Position numbers and translations under genes: made by a program. Below the pieces are notes generated by a model. It was not told the DNA's origin and ran no database searches. It was given only the letters and a program-made list of their open reading frames with translations. From Convolutriloba macropyga (Eukaryota): a DNA stretch of 64,000 nt. The stretch is from positions 74,524,001-74,588,000 of the forward strand of contig NC_134473.1 of the NCBI RefSeq assembly GCF_964194025.1, written 5' to 3'. Within the stretch, counting starts at the first letter, position 1. Every line of letters starts with the position of its first letter. Shown here piece by piece: positions 63,401 through 64,000 of this stretch.

Positions 63401-64000
63401 TATCTCCAATATTTTTGTTGATTTAAACAATTTTTGCTCCGTTAATTGTATGTTTTGACGGATGGCTTCGACATTTTAATTTCATCATAAAAATTTTTAG
63501 ATTTCTATACTGTTCAATTTTTGATTTCTTTTTGTTGTCAGTTCTCGGTAGTCCTTTTAAATGAAAAAACCGTTGTTGGTGTTCAGATGTGAAGCAAGTG
63601 ATGATTTACAATTCTTGCAGATAAAATCTTATATTTATAGAGCCTTGAACGCTCTGGTGTTGTCAAATTGTTTGTGAAATTTTGGTTTTGGCCTGTATTT
63701 GTTGTTATTTTGTAGTCTCGTGACCTAGTCTCAATTATTACAAGCCCAATTGGCTTTCTTAGGTGTTGAAACCTAATTCTTCTGTTTTTGTTGAAATCTT
63801 ATGTCTGTTATGGCTTTTGAAAATTTTTGTGTTCGAAAACATATTTGCATTTTTGAACTTTGCCATTTTTTAAATCATTTTTCGGTGGATTTGTAGCTTA
63901 GTCTCTGTACAGACACGACAAAACCCGTTTCTATTGAGTCATAATTTATTCTTCATAACAGTTTTGGCTTGAACCGCTTGTTTCCCGGCTTTGTTACTAC
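60471..64000 (+). mobile_element. Family A Helentron-like element, probably running off the window
   Basis: Family A 5' end and about 400 bp of shared interior; diverged internal subrepeats at about 62115 and 63714; no 3' end in the window. Confidence 0.5.

Overview
AT-rich animal (invertebrate-like) genomic DNA with one 200-N scaffold gap (33999-34198); the taxon cannot be fixed from the sequence. Three host genes lie on the + strand: a 4-exon adducin-family gene that ends after the head/neck region, an intronless-CDS IFT74, and an intronless-CDS ASNA1/GET3. There is also a possible first coding micro-exon (MAGKK) at about 58.8 kb. The rest is mostly mobile DNA: a decayed full-length Gypsy element (- strand) inserted in a CR1-type LINE relic and flanked by a ~186-bp direct duplication instead of a short TSD; a decayed full-length Copia element with a 5-bp TSD; a MITE family with an 8-bp TSD; and at least five families of non-autonomous Helentron/DINE-1-like elements. 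These families share one terminal architecture but have different inverted-repeat sequences. Three of them are nested inside each other and two carry a tRNA-like module. The right half is a ~6.9-kb segmental duplication followed by a tandem array built around a ~260-bp palindrome. All alignments and divergence figures were done by eye and are approximate.
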